Shown here: positions 1 through 9,992 of the stretch, one piece after another
How positions within the stretch are numbered: the stretch's first letter is position 1
Layout of the letters: every line of letters starts with the position of its first letter
NCBI GenBank assembly: GCA_046581755.1
Contig: JAYGFR010000041.1
Coordinates: 1 to 50,908, forward strand
Direction of reading: 5' to 3'
DNA from: Nitrospinota bacterium
GTDB lineage: Bacteria > UBA8248
Length of the DNA stretch: 50,908 nt
Made by a program: the position numbers and the translations under genes
Notes under the pieces: generated by a model
Databases searched by the model: none
Told to the model about the DNA's origin: nothing
The model's input: the letters and a program-made list of their open reading frames with translations, nothing else

Positions 1-671
1 ATGGCGGTGGGTTTTTTCGGCGCGGGTTGCGGGCGCTACCTTTTTTTAAACAGCATCCGGATCGCGGGTTTGGCCAGGTCCACGGTTGTGAGTCAAACCG
101 TAATGGTCTGGTCCGCCGCCATGGCGGTGGGCCTTCTGGGCGAGCGGATGTCGTTTTCGGTGGGCTTTGGCATGGTGGCCATCATGGCCGGCGCGAGCAT
201 GCTCGTATATAAGGAGAAGGAGGAGGTGCGCCAGCGCATCCCCCTGCACTACTATCTCCTTCCGGCGTTGTCGGCGCTCATGTACGCGTTTGCGCATCTC
301 ACCGGAAAGTACGCTTTCGCGTGGATTCCCTCGGCCGCCCTCGGAATGGCCATCTCCAACACCACTTCGCTCACCCTGGTGCTGGCCATGATGCCCTTCA
401 CCCGGCAGGGCCAACTGCGGCAGGTCGAGTGGAAGGGGCTGGTCTCCATCCAGGCCGGGGCCCTGGTGCAGGCCTGCGAGATTCTCTTCTTTTGGTCTGC
501 CGTCAAATCCGGGGATTTGACCCAGGTTATTCCGCTCAGCCGCCTTTCCCTTTTGCTGATAATCTTTTTCTCGTGGCTATTTTTTCGAAAACAAGAGTCC
601 GTGACCTGGCGGGTGGTCGCGGGCGGAATACTGGCCCTGCGGGGGCGTTTGTCGTCGCGGGCGGAATGTAG
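1..671 (+). CDS. DMT/EamA-family transporter (5'-truncated by window; 1-nt frameshift near 639)
   Basis: Hydrophobic EamA repeats (LLGERMSFSVGFG; FFRKQESVTWRVVAGGILAL). Adding one G after 639 gives a natural end LALAGAFVVAGGM* at TAG 669-671. Confidence 0.8.
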
Positions 672-777
672 GGGCCGGATTAAACCGAAGGGGCGCCGAA
701 TTCGGTTTGCGATCCGCTTTGCCGGCGAATGCGGGCCGCTGCCCAGGTCTTGCTGCCTATGTCTTGAGGAGGCGAAA

Positions 778-1164
778 ATGGAGCCGGAAGCGAAAAAGTT
801 AATCGAGCGGATAAAGGCCTCTCGCGGTTGGATTCTCCCGGAGCAGGAATTCATGGCCGAGCGGGATTATGAGTTTTACCGCCGCCATAACGAGAAGTTT
901 GATCACTTCATGAACCGGGACAATGCCCTTCCGCGAAAGGTTCTCGAACTGCTCTATATCGTCGCCCTGTGCGTGCGCCTGCCCGCCGGAGAGACGCAAA
1001 CCTATATCAAAAACCATATCCGCCAGGCCCTGGAGCACGGCGCGACGGAACAGGAGATTCTCGAGGCCATCGAGCTGGTGATTTTTCCGGGCGGCTCGCC
1101 TTCCATGAACGCGGGCATCAAGGCGTTCATGGAGGTCCTCGAGGAGCGGGACGCCGCTGGTTGA
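778..1164 (+). CDS. Carboxymuconolactone decarboxylase (CMD/AhpD-like) family protein, no CxxC
   Basis: Own SD (GAGGAGG) before ATG 778; motif ALPRKVLELLYIVAL...HIRQALEHGATEQEILEAIEL...GG.P. Confidence 0.8.
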   Translation: MEPEAKKLIERIKASRGWILPEQEFMAERDYEFYRRHNEKFDHFMNRDNALPRKVLELLYIVALCVRLPAGETQTYIKNHIRQALEHGATEQEILEAIELVIFPGGSPSMNAGIKAFMEVLEERDAAG

Positions 1165-1306
1165 TGGGCCGGTCCGCAAAAAACCGATCTCGCCTCTAAA
1201 ATTCGTTGCGCCGGTCGCCTGAATGGATCGCGGCGTGGCATGATGCGCGCCACACGGTCTCGTCAAAATAGATGGAACAAACCCCTCATTTCCTGGAGGC
1301 AGGTAT

Positions 1307-2962
1307 ATGCTCGTCGCGGATGCGGTCGCCCAAATTCTGAAGACCGAGGGGGTGGAATACCTGAATTGTTATCCGTCCACCCCCCTGATCGAAGCCTCGG
1401 TCAAGGCGGGCATTCGCCCGATCATTTGCCGCCAGGAGCGGGTCGGGGTCGGTATCGCCGATGGGTTCGCCCGCGTCCGGAATGGCCGCTCCCCCTCGGT
1501 GTTCGCCATGCAGCACGGCCCCGGTGCGGAGAACGCTTATCCGGGGATTTCGACCGCATTTTCGGATTCGACCCCGATTCTGTTTATGCCGATGGGCCAC
1601 CCCCGCCACCGGGACGGCGTATTTCCGCTGTTCAACTCCGTGCGCTCCTACGAATCGGTGACGAAGTTCGCTGAGCAGATCAATACGCCGGAGCGCGTGG
1701 GCGCGACCATGCGCCGGGCCTTTGCCGCGCTCAAAAACGGCCGGCCCGGGCCGGTGCTGGTAGAGATTCCGGAGGATGTGGCGCGGAGCGAAATCGACGA
1801 AGACCTCCTAGCGGGATACGTGCCGGTCAAGGCGGTTCGGGCGCAGGGCGACCCGGAGGGCGTCGAGGCGGCCGCCCGGGCGCTGCTGGACGCGGAGCGG
1901 CCCATCCTCTTCGCTGGGGCCGGGGTGCTCTATGCCGAGGCGGCGGCGGAGCTCCAGGAGCTTGCAGAGATGCTCCAGGTGCCCGTGATGACCACGATGG
2001 AGGGCAAGAGCGCCATCTCGGAAAAGCGGCATCCGCTGGCTCTCGGGGTCGGATCGAACGTCATGGCCGGCCCGGCCTATCATTTTCTCAAGGACGCGGA
2101 CCTGGTGTTCGCCGTTGGCTCCAGCCTGACCGATCACGGTCTGGTGACGCCGATTCCTCCGGGAAAAATTTTGATTCATGCGACGAACGATCCGGTGGAC
2201 CTGCATAAGACCTACGCGGTGGACCACCCGATCCTGGGGGATGCGAAGCTGGTATTGCGCCAATTTATCGACTGCTGCCGGGATCTGCTCGGGGGGAAGG
2301 CGCGCTCCGGACGGGAGGAGGTCGCGGGCCGGATCGCGGAGCTGCGTGAAGCCTGGTTCGCGGAGTGGATGCCCAAACTCACCTCCGGGGAGGTGCCGAT
2401 CAACCCCTACCGGGTGGTCTGGGAGCTCATGCAAGCCGCCGATCCGGCCGAGGCCATCGTCACCCATGATTCGGGAAATCCCCGCTACGAGGTGATGCCC
2501 TTCTACCAGACGGACGGTCCGCGAACCTACATCGGCTGGGGGAAATCCCATCATCTCGGAACCGGCCTCGGCCTCGTGATGGGCGCCAAGCTGGCCGCGC
2601 CCGAAAAGTTTTGCGTGAATTTCATGGGCGATTCCGCCTTCGGGATGACCGGCATGGATTTCGAAACCGCCGTCCGGGCCAATCTTCCGATTTGCACGGT
2701 GGTCCTGAAAAACTCTTCGATGGCGGTGGAAACCCTGCACATGAAGGTTTCCCATTCCCAGTTCCGGACCCGGGATGTCGGGGGCGATTATGCCGATATT
2801 GCCCGTTCGCTCGGAGGCTGGTCGGAGCGGATCGAGGATCCGGCCGAAATCGGGGCTGCCTTCCTGCGGGCAATCGAACAGAACCGGGAGGGGAAGGCGG
2901 CGCTGCTCGAATTTATCACCTGCGAGGAAATGGCATACTCCCATTTTGGGCCTTTCGGTTGA
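1307..2962 (+). CDS. Thiamine-diphosphate-dependent enzyme (acetolactate synthase-like superfamily, unknown substrate)
   Basis: RQERVGVGIADGFAR, GPGAENA, GRPGPVLVEIP, ThDP motif GDSAF...VLKN; GGAGG SD. Confidence 0.9.
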   Translation: MLVADAVAQILKTEGVEYLNCYPSTPLIEASVKAGIRPIICRQERVGVGIADGFARVRNGRSPSVFAMQHGPGAENAYPGISTAFSDSTPILFMPMGHPRHRDGVFPLFNSVRSYESVTKFAEQINTPERVGATMRRAFAALKNGRPGPVLVEIPEDVARSEIDEDLLAGYVPVKAVRAQGDPEGVEAAARALLDAERPILFAGAGVLYAEAAAELQELAEMLQVPVMTTMEGKSAISEKRHPLALGVGSNVMAGPAYHFLKDADLVFAVGSSLTDHGLVTPIPPGKILIHATNDPVDLHKTYAVDHPILGDAKLVLRQFIDCCRDLLGGKARSGREEVAGRIAELREAWFAEWMPKLTSGEVPINPYRVVWELMQAADPAEAIVTHDSGNPRYEVMPFYQTDGPRTYIGWGKSHHLGTGLGLVMGAKLAAPEKFCVNFMGDSAFGMTGMDFETAVRANLPICTVVLKNSSMAVETLHMKVSHSQFRTRDVGGDYADIARSLGGWSERIEDPAEIGAAFLRAIEQNREGKAALLEFITCEEMAYSHFGPFG

Positions 2963-3078
2963 GATAAAATTTCCCCGGACGCGCGGCTTCGGCGGAGCTT
3001 CGTCCCGAATGACGCGCGGCGGGGGTCCCGAATTTCTTGCATGTTTTCTTGTAAAGCAACGAAAGGAGAAGTTGCCTC

Positions 3079-4086
3079 ATGGCGAAAGGCATTGTCTGGG
3101 TGGGTACCCCGTTTATCCTAAATTTCGAGAACCCGATGGAATTTTTTCAGCCCCTGGTGGACGAGGGCCTGGAGGTCCGCCTGGACGAATGCCGGGGGCA
3201 AATGCCCGAGGAGGACGTGATCAAGTGCCTCCCCGATGTGACCGCCGTCATCGCCGGGGCCGAGCCCTATACCGCGCGGGTGATCGAAAACGCCCCCCAT
3301 GTTCAGATCATCGCCCGCGCCGGGGTGGGCTATAACAACGTCGAGATTCCCGCCGCGACAGCGAGAGGCATCGTGGTGACGAACGCCGCCGGGCAAAATT
3401 CTGCCTCGGTGGCCGAGCACCTTTTCGGGCACATGATCGGCATCTGCCGGCGGATCGGTTGGCTGGACCGGGGCATCCGGCGCGGCCTCTGGCGGGAGAT
3501 TCAGCCCGCCCTCCGCCCGCTCAACGGAATGACGCTCGGGATTCTCGGCTTTGGCAACATCGGCAAGGCGGTGGCGAAGCGGGCCGCCGCTTTCGAGATG
3601 GAGGTGATCGCCAACGACATCGTGGAGGACAAGGAAACGGCGGCCAGGCTCGGTGTGCGCTTCGTGTCTTTAGAGGAGCTGGCCCGCCGGTCCGACTATC
3701 TGACCTGCCACGTTCCCCTCACGCCCGAGACCACCCGGATTATCGATCGCGGCTTCCTGGAATCGATGAAGCCGGACGCATATTTGTTCAACATCTCCCG
3801 TGGGCCGGTGCTGGATCTGGACGCCTTGGCCGAGGCGCTTCGGGACGGAACCATATGCGGGGCCGGGGTGGACGTGTATCCCGAGGAGCCGCCCGACTTC
3901 AGCCATCCGATCTTTTCGCTGGAAAATGTGGTGCTCACCCCCCATCTGGGCGGGCGGGGAGAGGATGCCATCCGCAACACCCTGGGTCATTCGACGAAAT
4001 GCATTCTGGATTTCTTCCAGGGCCGCCGGCCCGAAACCGTGATCAACCCCGAGGTGTACGAGGTGCTTGACGGCCAACAGGAATGA
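3079..4086 (+). CDS. D-2-hydroxyacid / phosphoglycerate dehydrogenase family protein
   Basis: RAGVGYNNV, GILGFGNIG, HVPLTPET, NISRG, DVYPEEP, LTPHLG motifs. Confidence 0.9.
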   Translation: MAKGIVWVGTPFILNFENPMEFFQPLVDEGLEVRLDECRGQMPEEDVIKCLPDVTAVIAGAEPYTARVIENAPHVQIIARAGVGYNNVEIPAATARGIVVTNAAGQNSASVAEHLFGHMIGICRRIGWLDRGIRRGLWREIQPALRPLNGMTLGILGFGNIGKAVAKRAAAFEMEVIANDIVEDKETAARLGVRFVSLEELARRSDYLTCHVPLTPETTRIIDRGFLESMKPDAYLFNISRGPVLDLDALAEALRDGTICGAGVDVYPEEPPDFSHPIFSLENVVLTPHLGGRGEDAIRNTLGHSTKCILDFFQGRRPETVINPEVYEVLDGQQE

Positions 4087-4118
4087 TTGGGGGGCCTGAG
4101 CGCCCGGCGGGCCGCGGC

Positions 4119-4195
4119 AAGGGTTCTGAGGGCGGCGCCGTTAGCGGTCCGTGCGTAAGGGTTTTATGAGAGCGGCCCCCGTTAGCGGCCGATGA
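4119..4195. repeat. Imperfect ~38-bp tandem duplication overlapping the enoyl-CoA hydratase stop
   Basis: aagggttctgagggcggcgccgttagcggtccg vs aagggttttatgagagcggcccccgttagcggccg. Confidence 0.55.
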
Positions 4196-4988
4196 ATTTC
4201 GGCTCCCGCTTTTCCATGAAGGCCGTTCGGCCTTCGGTGTAATCCTGGCTGTCGAAGCAGGTTTTCGCGAACTCCGCAATTCCGTCCAGATCGCGGTCGG
4301 AGGGGTCTTTCAGAATTTCGCCGATCGTCCGCTTGGATGCCTTGACCGACAGCGGGGCGTTCGAGGCGATTTTGGTCGCCAGCTCGCACACGGCATCCTC
4401 CAGCTCACCGGCGGGCACCACGCGGTTGACGAGCCCAATATGCAAGGCCTCGGCGGCGGACAAGCGCCGGGCGGAGAAGAGGATTTCCTTGGCATGGGAG
4501 GGCCCGACCAGATCTACCAGCAGCTTCAGGCTCTCGTAGCCGTAGGCGATTCCGAGCCGGGCGGCGGGAATCCCGAGCTGGGCGTTTTCCGATGCGATGC
4601 GGATGTCCGCGTTCAGAGCGATGCCCAACCCGCCGCCCAGGCAAAAACCCTGAATCATGGCGATGAGCGGTTTGTCGAGACCGGCGAGTTTTTCCCTCGC
4701 GCTGGCCGAGACGGCGGAGTAGCGTTCGGCCTGCCCAGCGCCGCTGCGGTTTTCTTCGAATTGCGAGATGTCGGCGCCGGACACAAAAGCCTTGTCCCCC
4801 GCGCCTTTCATGACCACCACCCGGACCGAGTCGTCTTCCTGAAATGAATCGAGGATGGCGGCGATGGCTTCCCACATTTCGAGGGACAGCGCGTTCCGCC
4901 GCTTGGGATTGTTGAAAATCATCCAGCCGATCCCGTCCCGGACCTCGGCCTGCATTTTATCCGTATTCAACTCGATCGCTTCGTTCAT
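4182..4988 (-). CDS. Enoyl-CoA hydratase/isomerase (crotonase) family protein
   Basis: NNPKRRNAL, AFVSGADIS, GFCLGGGLGIA, EGRTAFMEKREPKF. Confidence 0.92.
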   Translation of the reverse strand: MNEAIELNTDKMQAEVRDGIGWMIFNNPKRRNALSLEMWEAIAAILDSFQEDDSVRVVVMKGAGDKAFVSGADISQFEENRSGAGQAERYSAVSASAREKLAGLDKPLIAMIQGFCLGGGLGIALNADIRIASENAQLGIPAARLGIAYGYESLKLLVDLVGPSHAKEILFSARRLSAAEALHIGLVNRVVPAGELEDAVCELATKIASNAPLSVKASKRTIGEILKDPSDRDLDGIAEFAKTCFDSQDYTEGRTAFMEKREPKFIGR

Positions 4989-5018
4989 GATGGGGGGTCT
5001 CCTTGCTCCCGGATGGGG

Positions 5019-6188
5019 TCAGATGATTTCTTTATCGCGCAGCATTTGAATATCCCGGCCGCTGTATCCAAGGCCGGTCAGAATTTCATCGGTATGCTCG
5101 CCCAGATCGGGGGTGGCGTTTCTCATCCTCTGGGGGGTCCGGGACATTTTAATCGCCTGGCCGACCACCTTCACCTTACCGACGACGGGATGGACGACCT
5201 GGGGGTCCATATTCAGTCCTCGCACCTGCGGGTCCGAGAAAGTCTGATCGACGGTGTATATCGGTCCGGAGGGGATGCCCGCCTCGTTCAGGAGGCCGAT
5301 CCATTCGGCGCTTTTTTTCTTGCGGGTGAATCGGTTGATCTCCTCGTTCAGCGCGTCCCGGTTTTTCAGGCGATCCTGCGGCTCGGCATAGTCGGGATTC
5401 TCGGCAAGCTCCGGCGCGCCGAGGGCCTTCACAAGGCGCTGCCAGAGGCGCTGGGGCCCGGACTGGATGTTGATCTGACCGTCCTCGGTGTCAAAAACCC
5501 CGGTCGGAATAAACGTCGGATGGTTGTTGCCCGCCTGGGCGGGAACCTCGCCTTTAATGAGGTAGCGGACGGCCTGAATATCCATCATCTGAATCATCGC
5601 CTCCAGGAGGGAGGTGTGGACCCACTGCCCCTCCCCGGAGGTTTCGCGCTCCAAGAGGGCGATGAGAATTCCCTGGGCGAGAATCATGCCGGCTGAAAGA
5701 TCCGCAATCGGGATGCCCGCGCGCATGGGGCCCTCTCCGGGTTTTCCGGTCACCGACATCAAGCCGCTTAGCCCCTGGGCGATCTGATCCAGGCCAGGTC
5801 TTTCAGAATAGGGGCCCGTCTGCCCGAAACCGGAGATGCTTCCGTACACGATCCGGGGGTTCACCTTCCGGACGGTCTCGTAATCGACGCCAAGCCGGTA
5901 CTTGACCTGGGGCCGGTAGTTTTCGACGACAACGTCCGCGTCCTTGACCATGCGGAGGAATATCTTCCGGGCCTCGGGGGTTTTCAGGTTGAGGGAGAGG
6001 CTGCGTTTGTTCCGGTGAAGGTTTTGAGCCTCATAGCCGTGACGGTCGGCGTTCATTCCATCGATGCTCAGCGAGGGGGGCGATTCGATCTTGATGACAT
6101 CGGCGCCCCAGTCGGCGAGCTGGCGCACCGCCGTCGGGCCCGAGCGCGCCCGTGTCAGATCGAGCACCTTGAAACGCGAAAGTGGCAT
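5019..6188 (-). CDS. CoA-transferase family III (CaiB/BaiF)
   Basis: VLDLTRARSGP, GADVIKIE, RNKRSLSLNLK, ENYRP, SISGFGQTGPY, IADLSAG, PDLGEHT. Confidence 0.93.
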   Translation of the reverse strand: MPLSRFKVLDLTRARSGPTAVRQLADWGADVIKIESPPSLSIDGMNADRHGYEAQNLHRNKRSLSLNLKTPEARKIFLRMVKDADVVVENYRPQVKYRLGVDYETVRKVNPRIVYGSISGFGQTGPYSERPGLDQIAQGLSGLMSVTGKPGEGPMRAGIPIADLSAGMILAQGILIALLERETSGEGQWVHTSLLEAMIQMMDIQAVRYLIKGEVPAQAGNNHPTFIPTGVFDTEDGQINIQSGPQRLWQRLVKALGAPELAENPDYAEPQDRLKNRDALNEEINRFTRKKKSAEWIGLLNEAGIPSGPIYTVDQTFSDPQVRGLNMDPQVVHPVVGKVKVVGQAIKMSRTPQRMRNATPDLGEHTDEILTGLGYSGRDIQMLRDKEII

Positions 6189-6297
6189 GAAATTCTCCCG
6201 GAAATTTTAAAACGCCGTTATCGAATGGGACCCTAGCGGGCGATCTGGGCACTTTCATTTGATGATTCCGTCCACCTTATCAGAAACTCCCTTTCCT

Positions 6298-6344
6298 GCC
6301 CCGCCCCATTTCCGTCCGGCACCGGGGCCGAAATGGGGCGGGGC
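6298..6344. repeat. Perfect 15-bp inverted repeat (strong hairpin) in the divergent intergenic region
   Basis: GCCCCGCCCCATTTC-N17-GAAATGGGGCGGGGC. Confidence 0.75.
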
Positions 6345-6562
6345 CGCATCCAGAGGTGGCGCGCTCTTCGCGCCGGCGCGGAGATATCCCCGATTCGGGC
6401 CCGGTGCGAATCCCTGCCGGGGCGGTTTTTCGTGGCGGACCGCCGCCGAATCCGGTCTTTTTTCCGGAAATCGAAAGTTTGGGGTGCGTGTGTCCCCCGC
6501 CGGGTTCTATGTTTATAATAGGAGCGTGCATCGTTGGCCGCGCTATCCGAGAAGAGGGAGAC

Positions 6563-8428
6563 ATGGGTATGGACAAAAAAACCCGTTTTTCTATCGGGTA
6601 TTTCATATTCATCCTCCTGTTCATGTCCATGATCCATTCGATATTTTTCCAGGGCGCCCAGTTCAAGCGAATCCCCTACAACGAGTTTCGCCAGCGGATC
6701 GAGCAGGGCCGGGTGGAGCGCGTTGAAATTCTGCACGACCGCCTCCGGGGGACGATGAAGGGCGCCAACCTCCGCACCGGGCGAAAGAAACACTTCGAGA
6801 CGGCCAAGGTGGAGGACCCCGCGCTCATCCCCTTGCTCGAAAAGGCCGGCGTGAGCTACCAGGGATTGTTCGCGCCCCCCTGGATCGTCCAGTTCCTCAG
6901 CTCCTGGGTCCTTCCGCTGGGCATCCTGTTCGCCGTCTACGCCTTCGTCTTGAAGCGCATGGGTCCCGGCCAGGGGGTGATGGCCTTCAGCAAGAGCAAG
7001 GCCAAAATCTACGCCGACAAGGACGTGAAAGTCCGCTTCGATGACGTCGCCGGGGTAGACGAGGCCAAGGAAGAACTCGTCGAGGTGGTGGACTACCTGC
7101 GCCACCCCGACCGCTATCAGCGCCTGGGGGGGAAGATTCCGCGCGGAGTGCTTCTCGTCGGCCCCCCCGGCTGCGGAAAAACCCTCATGGCCAAGGCGGT
7201 GGCGGGCGAGGCCGGGGTCAACTTTTTCAGCATATCGGGCTCCGAATTCGTCGAGATGTTCGTGGGCCTGGGCGCGGCGCGGGTGCGCGATTTGTTCGAG
7301 CAGGCGGTCGAGAATGCCCCCTGCATCGTCTTCATCGACGAGCTCGATGCGCTCGGGAGATCCCGGAGCGCGAACGGGCTCTCGGGCGGGCACGATGAGC
7401 GCGAACAAACCCTCAACCAGCTTCTGGTCGAGATGGACGGTTTCGACACCCGGAAAGGGGTCATCATCATGGCCGCCACCAACCGCCCCGAAATCCTGGA
7501 CGCCGCCCTGCTCCGGCCCGGCCGCTTCGATAGGCAGGTTTTGGTGGACCGTCCGGACCTGATCGGGCGAAAGCACATCCTCCGTGTGCATACGAAAGAG
7601 CTTATCCTCGACGCCGACGTGAACATCGACCGCATCGGGGAGATGACGCCCGGTCTCTCGGGGGCGGACCTGGCGAACCTGGCGAACGAGGCCGCCCTGC
7701 TCGCGGTGCGGCACAACCGCGATGCGGTGACGATGGCCGAATTCGAGGAGGCCTTCGAGCGCGTTGCCGCCGGGCTCGAGAAAAAATCCCGCGTCATGAC
7801 CAGCGAGGAGCGCCGCCGGGTTGCCTTTCACGAGCTGGGCCACGCCATGTCGGCCGAACTCATCGGCGGGTCCGACCCGGTGCAAAAGGTCTCGATCATC
7901 CCGCGGGGAATCGGGGCCCTGGGCTATACCCTCCAGCGGCCCACCGAGGACCGGTACCTCCTCTCCAAGAGCGAACTCGAAGGCCGCATCGCCGTCCTGC
8001 TCGGGGGGCGCGCCGCCGAGGAAATCGTCTTTGGCGAGGTGTCCACCGGAGCGCAGAACGATCTCCAGCGGGCGACGGACATGGCCCGGTCCATGGTGAC
8101 CGAGTACGGGATGACCGAGCGCTTCGGGCCCCGCGCGCTGCGCTCGGAGCAGCGCCCCCTCTTCCTGGGCGGGGGGTTCCAATTACCGGCCGGAATGTCG
8201 ACTATCAGCGAGGCGACCCAGAGGGGGGTGGACGAGGAGGTCGGGAAAATCCTCGACGCCGCCGCCGGGCGGGTGAAGGAAATTCTCGCCGGCCGGCGGG
8301 AGGATATGGACACGCTCGCCGAAGTGATTTTGAAAAAAGAGACTATCAGCGGCGACGACCTGCGCTCGGCCCTCGGCACCGACCTTGGAGATTCGCGCGC
8401 GGCGGCCAACTATTCGCAAAAAATATGA
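6563..8428 (+). CDS. ftsH: ATP-dependent zinc metalloprotease FtsH
   Basis: Two TM helices, Walker [30 protein letters not shown] zinc motif; start placed at ATG 6563 after GAGGGAG. Confidence 0.95.
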   Translation: MGMDKKTRFSIGYFIFILLFMSMIHSIFFQGAQFKRIPYNEFRQRIEQGRVERVEILHDRLRGTMKGANLRTGRKKHFETAKVEDPALIPLLEKAGVSYQGLFAPPWIVQFLSSWVLPLGILFAVYAFVLKRMGPGQGVMAFSKSKAKIYADKDVKVRFDDVAGVDEAKEELVEVVDYLRHPDRYQRLGGKIPRGVLLVGPPGCGKTLMAKAVAGEAGVNFFSISGSEFVEMFVGLGAARVRDLFEQAVENAPCIVFIDELDALGRSRSANGLSGGHDEREQTLNQLLVEMDGFDTRKGVIIMAATNRPEILDAALLRPGRFDRQVLVDRPDLIGRKHILRVHTKELILDADVNIDRIGEMTPGLSGADLANLANEAALLAVRHNRDAVTMAEFEEAFERVAAGLEKKSRVMTSEERRRVAFHELGHAMSAELIGGSDPVQKVSIIPRGIGALGYTLQRPTEDRYLLSKSELEGRIAVLLGGRAAEEIVFGEVSTGAQNDLQRATDMARSMVTEYGMTERFGPRALRSEQRPLFLGGGFQLPAGMSTISEATQRGVDEEVGKILDAAAGRVKEILAGRREDMDTLAEVILKKETISGDDLRSALGTDLGDSRAAANYSQKI

Positions 8429-8446
8429 GCCGCCCGGTTTCTATCT

Positions 8447-8491
8447 AGGAACCTTTCTCGCCAGGAACCCCTCTCGCCAGGAACCTCTCCC
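8447..8491 (+). repeat. 16-bp imperfect tandem repeat (about 3 copies) just upstream of the GT4 start
   Basis: aggaacctttctcgcc / aggaacccctctcgcc / aggaacctctccc. Confidence 0.75.
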
Positions 8492-9701
8492 TTGCGGATC
8501 GGAATTCTCAGCCCCAGCTACCCCCCCAACCGTGCCCCCTGCGGCATCGGCGATTTCACGAAGATGCTCGTCCCCGAGTTGGTTCGCGCCGGTGTGGAAG
8601 TGGCGGTGTTCACCGGGGAGGACTACGGCGGGCCCGGGGAGGCGGAGGGCGCGAAGGTACTCCGCCTGGCGCGCGGCTGGGGCCCCGCCTCCCTCACGCG
8701 GATCGCCCGGGCAGCGCGCGATGAGAAAATCGGCCCCCTCCTCGTTCAGTACGCTCCCGATCTGTACCCGCCTTCATCCGCCTGGATTCATTTTCTTCCC
8801 CTGGCGATGCGGTGCCTGGCGCCTGGCGCCTGGCGTCCGGACGGTTCTGTCGATGCACACCGTCGGCGGGCCGGCCTTTGCCTCCAAGGCCGGGGCCGGG
8901 CTCATGCTCGCCACCTCCACCGCCATCCTCAACACGAACGAGGAGGTGACAAGCTTGATCGGAAAATACATGCTCCGGGCGCTTCGCAAGCTCGGCGAGG
9001 TGCCCATCGGCGCGAACATCGAACCGGCCGGCGGGGCCGAGAGGCGAAACGAGGCGCGCAAGGCGGCCCGGGACAAGGTGCGCGTCGAGGAGGGGCTTTC
9101 GCCGGAGGGGTTCATCCTCGCCCATTTCGGGTTCTACTACCCCGGCAAGGGCGCCGGGCAGATTCTCGAGGCGGCGGGGAGGCTGAAAGAGGGGGGGCGC
9201 GATTTTAGGCTGTTCATGATCGGCGGAAGGCGCGCGGACGACGGGGGCTTTTACCCGAGGCTCCAGGAGCGGGCGGGCGCGCTTGGGCTCGGCGGCGATG
9301 TGGTCTGGACGGGCTATGTCCCGGACGAGCGCGTGAGCGAGATTCTTCTCGCGGCGGATATGTTTATCGCCCCCTTCGAGGGCGGGGTCTCCTCCCGGCG
9401 GGGGTCGCTCATGGCGGCCATCGCCCACGGGCTTCCCCTGGTGAGCACCCCCTCAAAAATCGAGACCCGCTATTTCCGGGCGGGAGAAAACTTCGCTCCC
9501 GTGCCCTTCGGTGACGCCAGGGCGCTCGCGGTCGAGGTGTCCGCGCTCATGGACGATCCCGCGCGGCGCGATCGGCTCCGCGCCGGGGCCGGGGCGCTGG
9601 CCGATGTGTTCTCCTGGCCCTCCATCGCGCTACGGACCCGCGATTTTCTCGATGCCGTTCTCTCGGGGAGGTCTCCCGGCGGGGCGGCGGACCGGCTGTG
9701 A
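8492..9701 (+). pseudogene. GT4-family glycosyltransferase, frameshifted at a (GCCTGGC)3 tract
   Basis: N-terminus MRIGILSPSYPPNRAPCGIGDFT is in one frame; C-terminus HFGFYYPGKG...ADMFIAPF...RRGSLMAAIAHGLP is in another. Removing one 7-mer joins them. Confidence 0.8.
8814..8834 (+). repeat. Heptanucleotide tandem repeat (GCCTGGC)3
   Basis: Directly visible; lies at the frameshift junction. Confidence 0.9.
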
Positions 9702-9992
9702 AAAGCGGGGCGGCGGGCCGGCCGTGAAAAGAAGAAAGGTTGTCCGCCGGCGCCGGGCAATGGGCTCGTGCAATGGACCCGGGCCGGGAGCAAATTCCGG
9801 CACCACCGCGAATTTCCTGTAGTGGCCGATCCATCGGCGGGATGTATGTTTCACGCGCTGGGTGGAGGGTCCGCGGCGGGAGAGGCGGGCTGTGTCCGGA
9901 GAAGAGGGTTTCGGGGGTTTTCGGGAGTTTGAAGCGGATCGTTTCTCATGGTCTTGACCGGAGCCGGGGCAGGAACTGGGCGCCTCGCCCGG

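Noticed and set aside
1..1164. Apparent novel DMT transporter-CMD fusion protein (387 aa)
   Set aside because: A single missing G near 639 explains it. The transporter has a natural stop at 671 and the CMD gene has its own SD and ATG at 778.
1235..1250. Sigma54 promoter before the ThDP enzyme
   Set aside because: TGGCA is present but the -12 element lacks TTGC; too weak.
6233..8182. 649-aa antisense ORF (also 20789-22366, 24858-26288, 34333-36132 and similar)
   Set aside because: Shadow ORFs opposite well-conserved genes, expected in high-GC DNA; no recognisable motifs.
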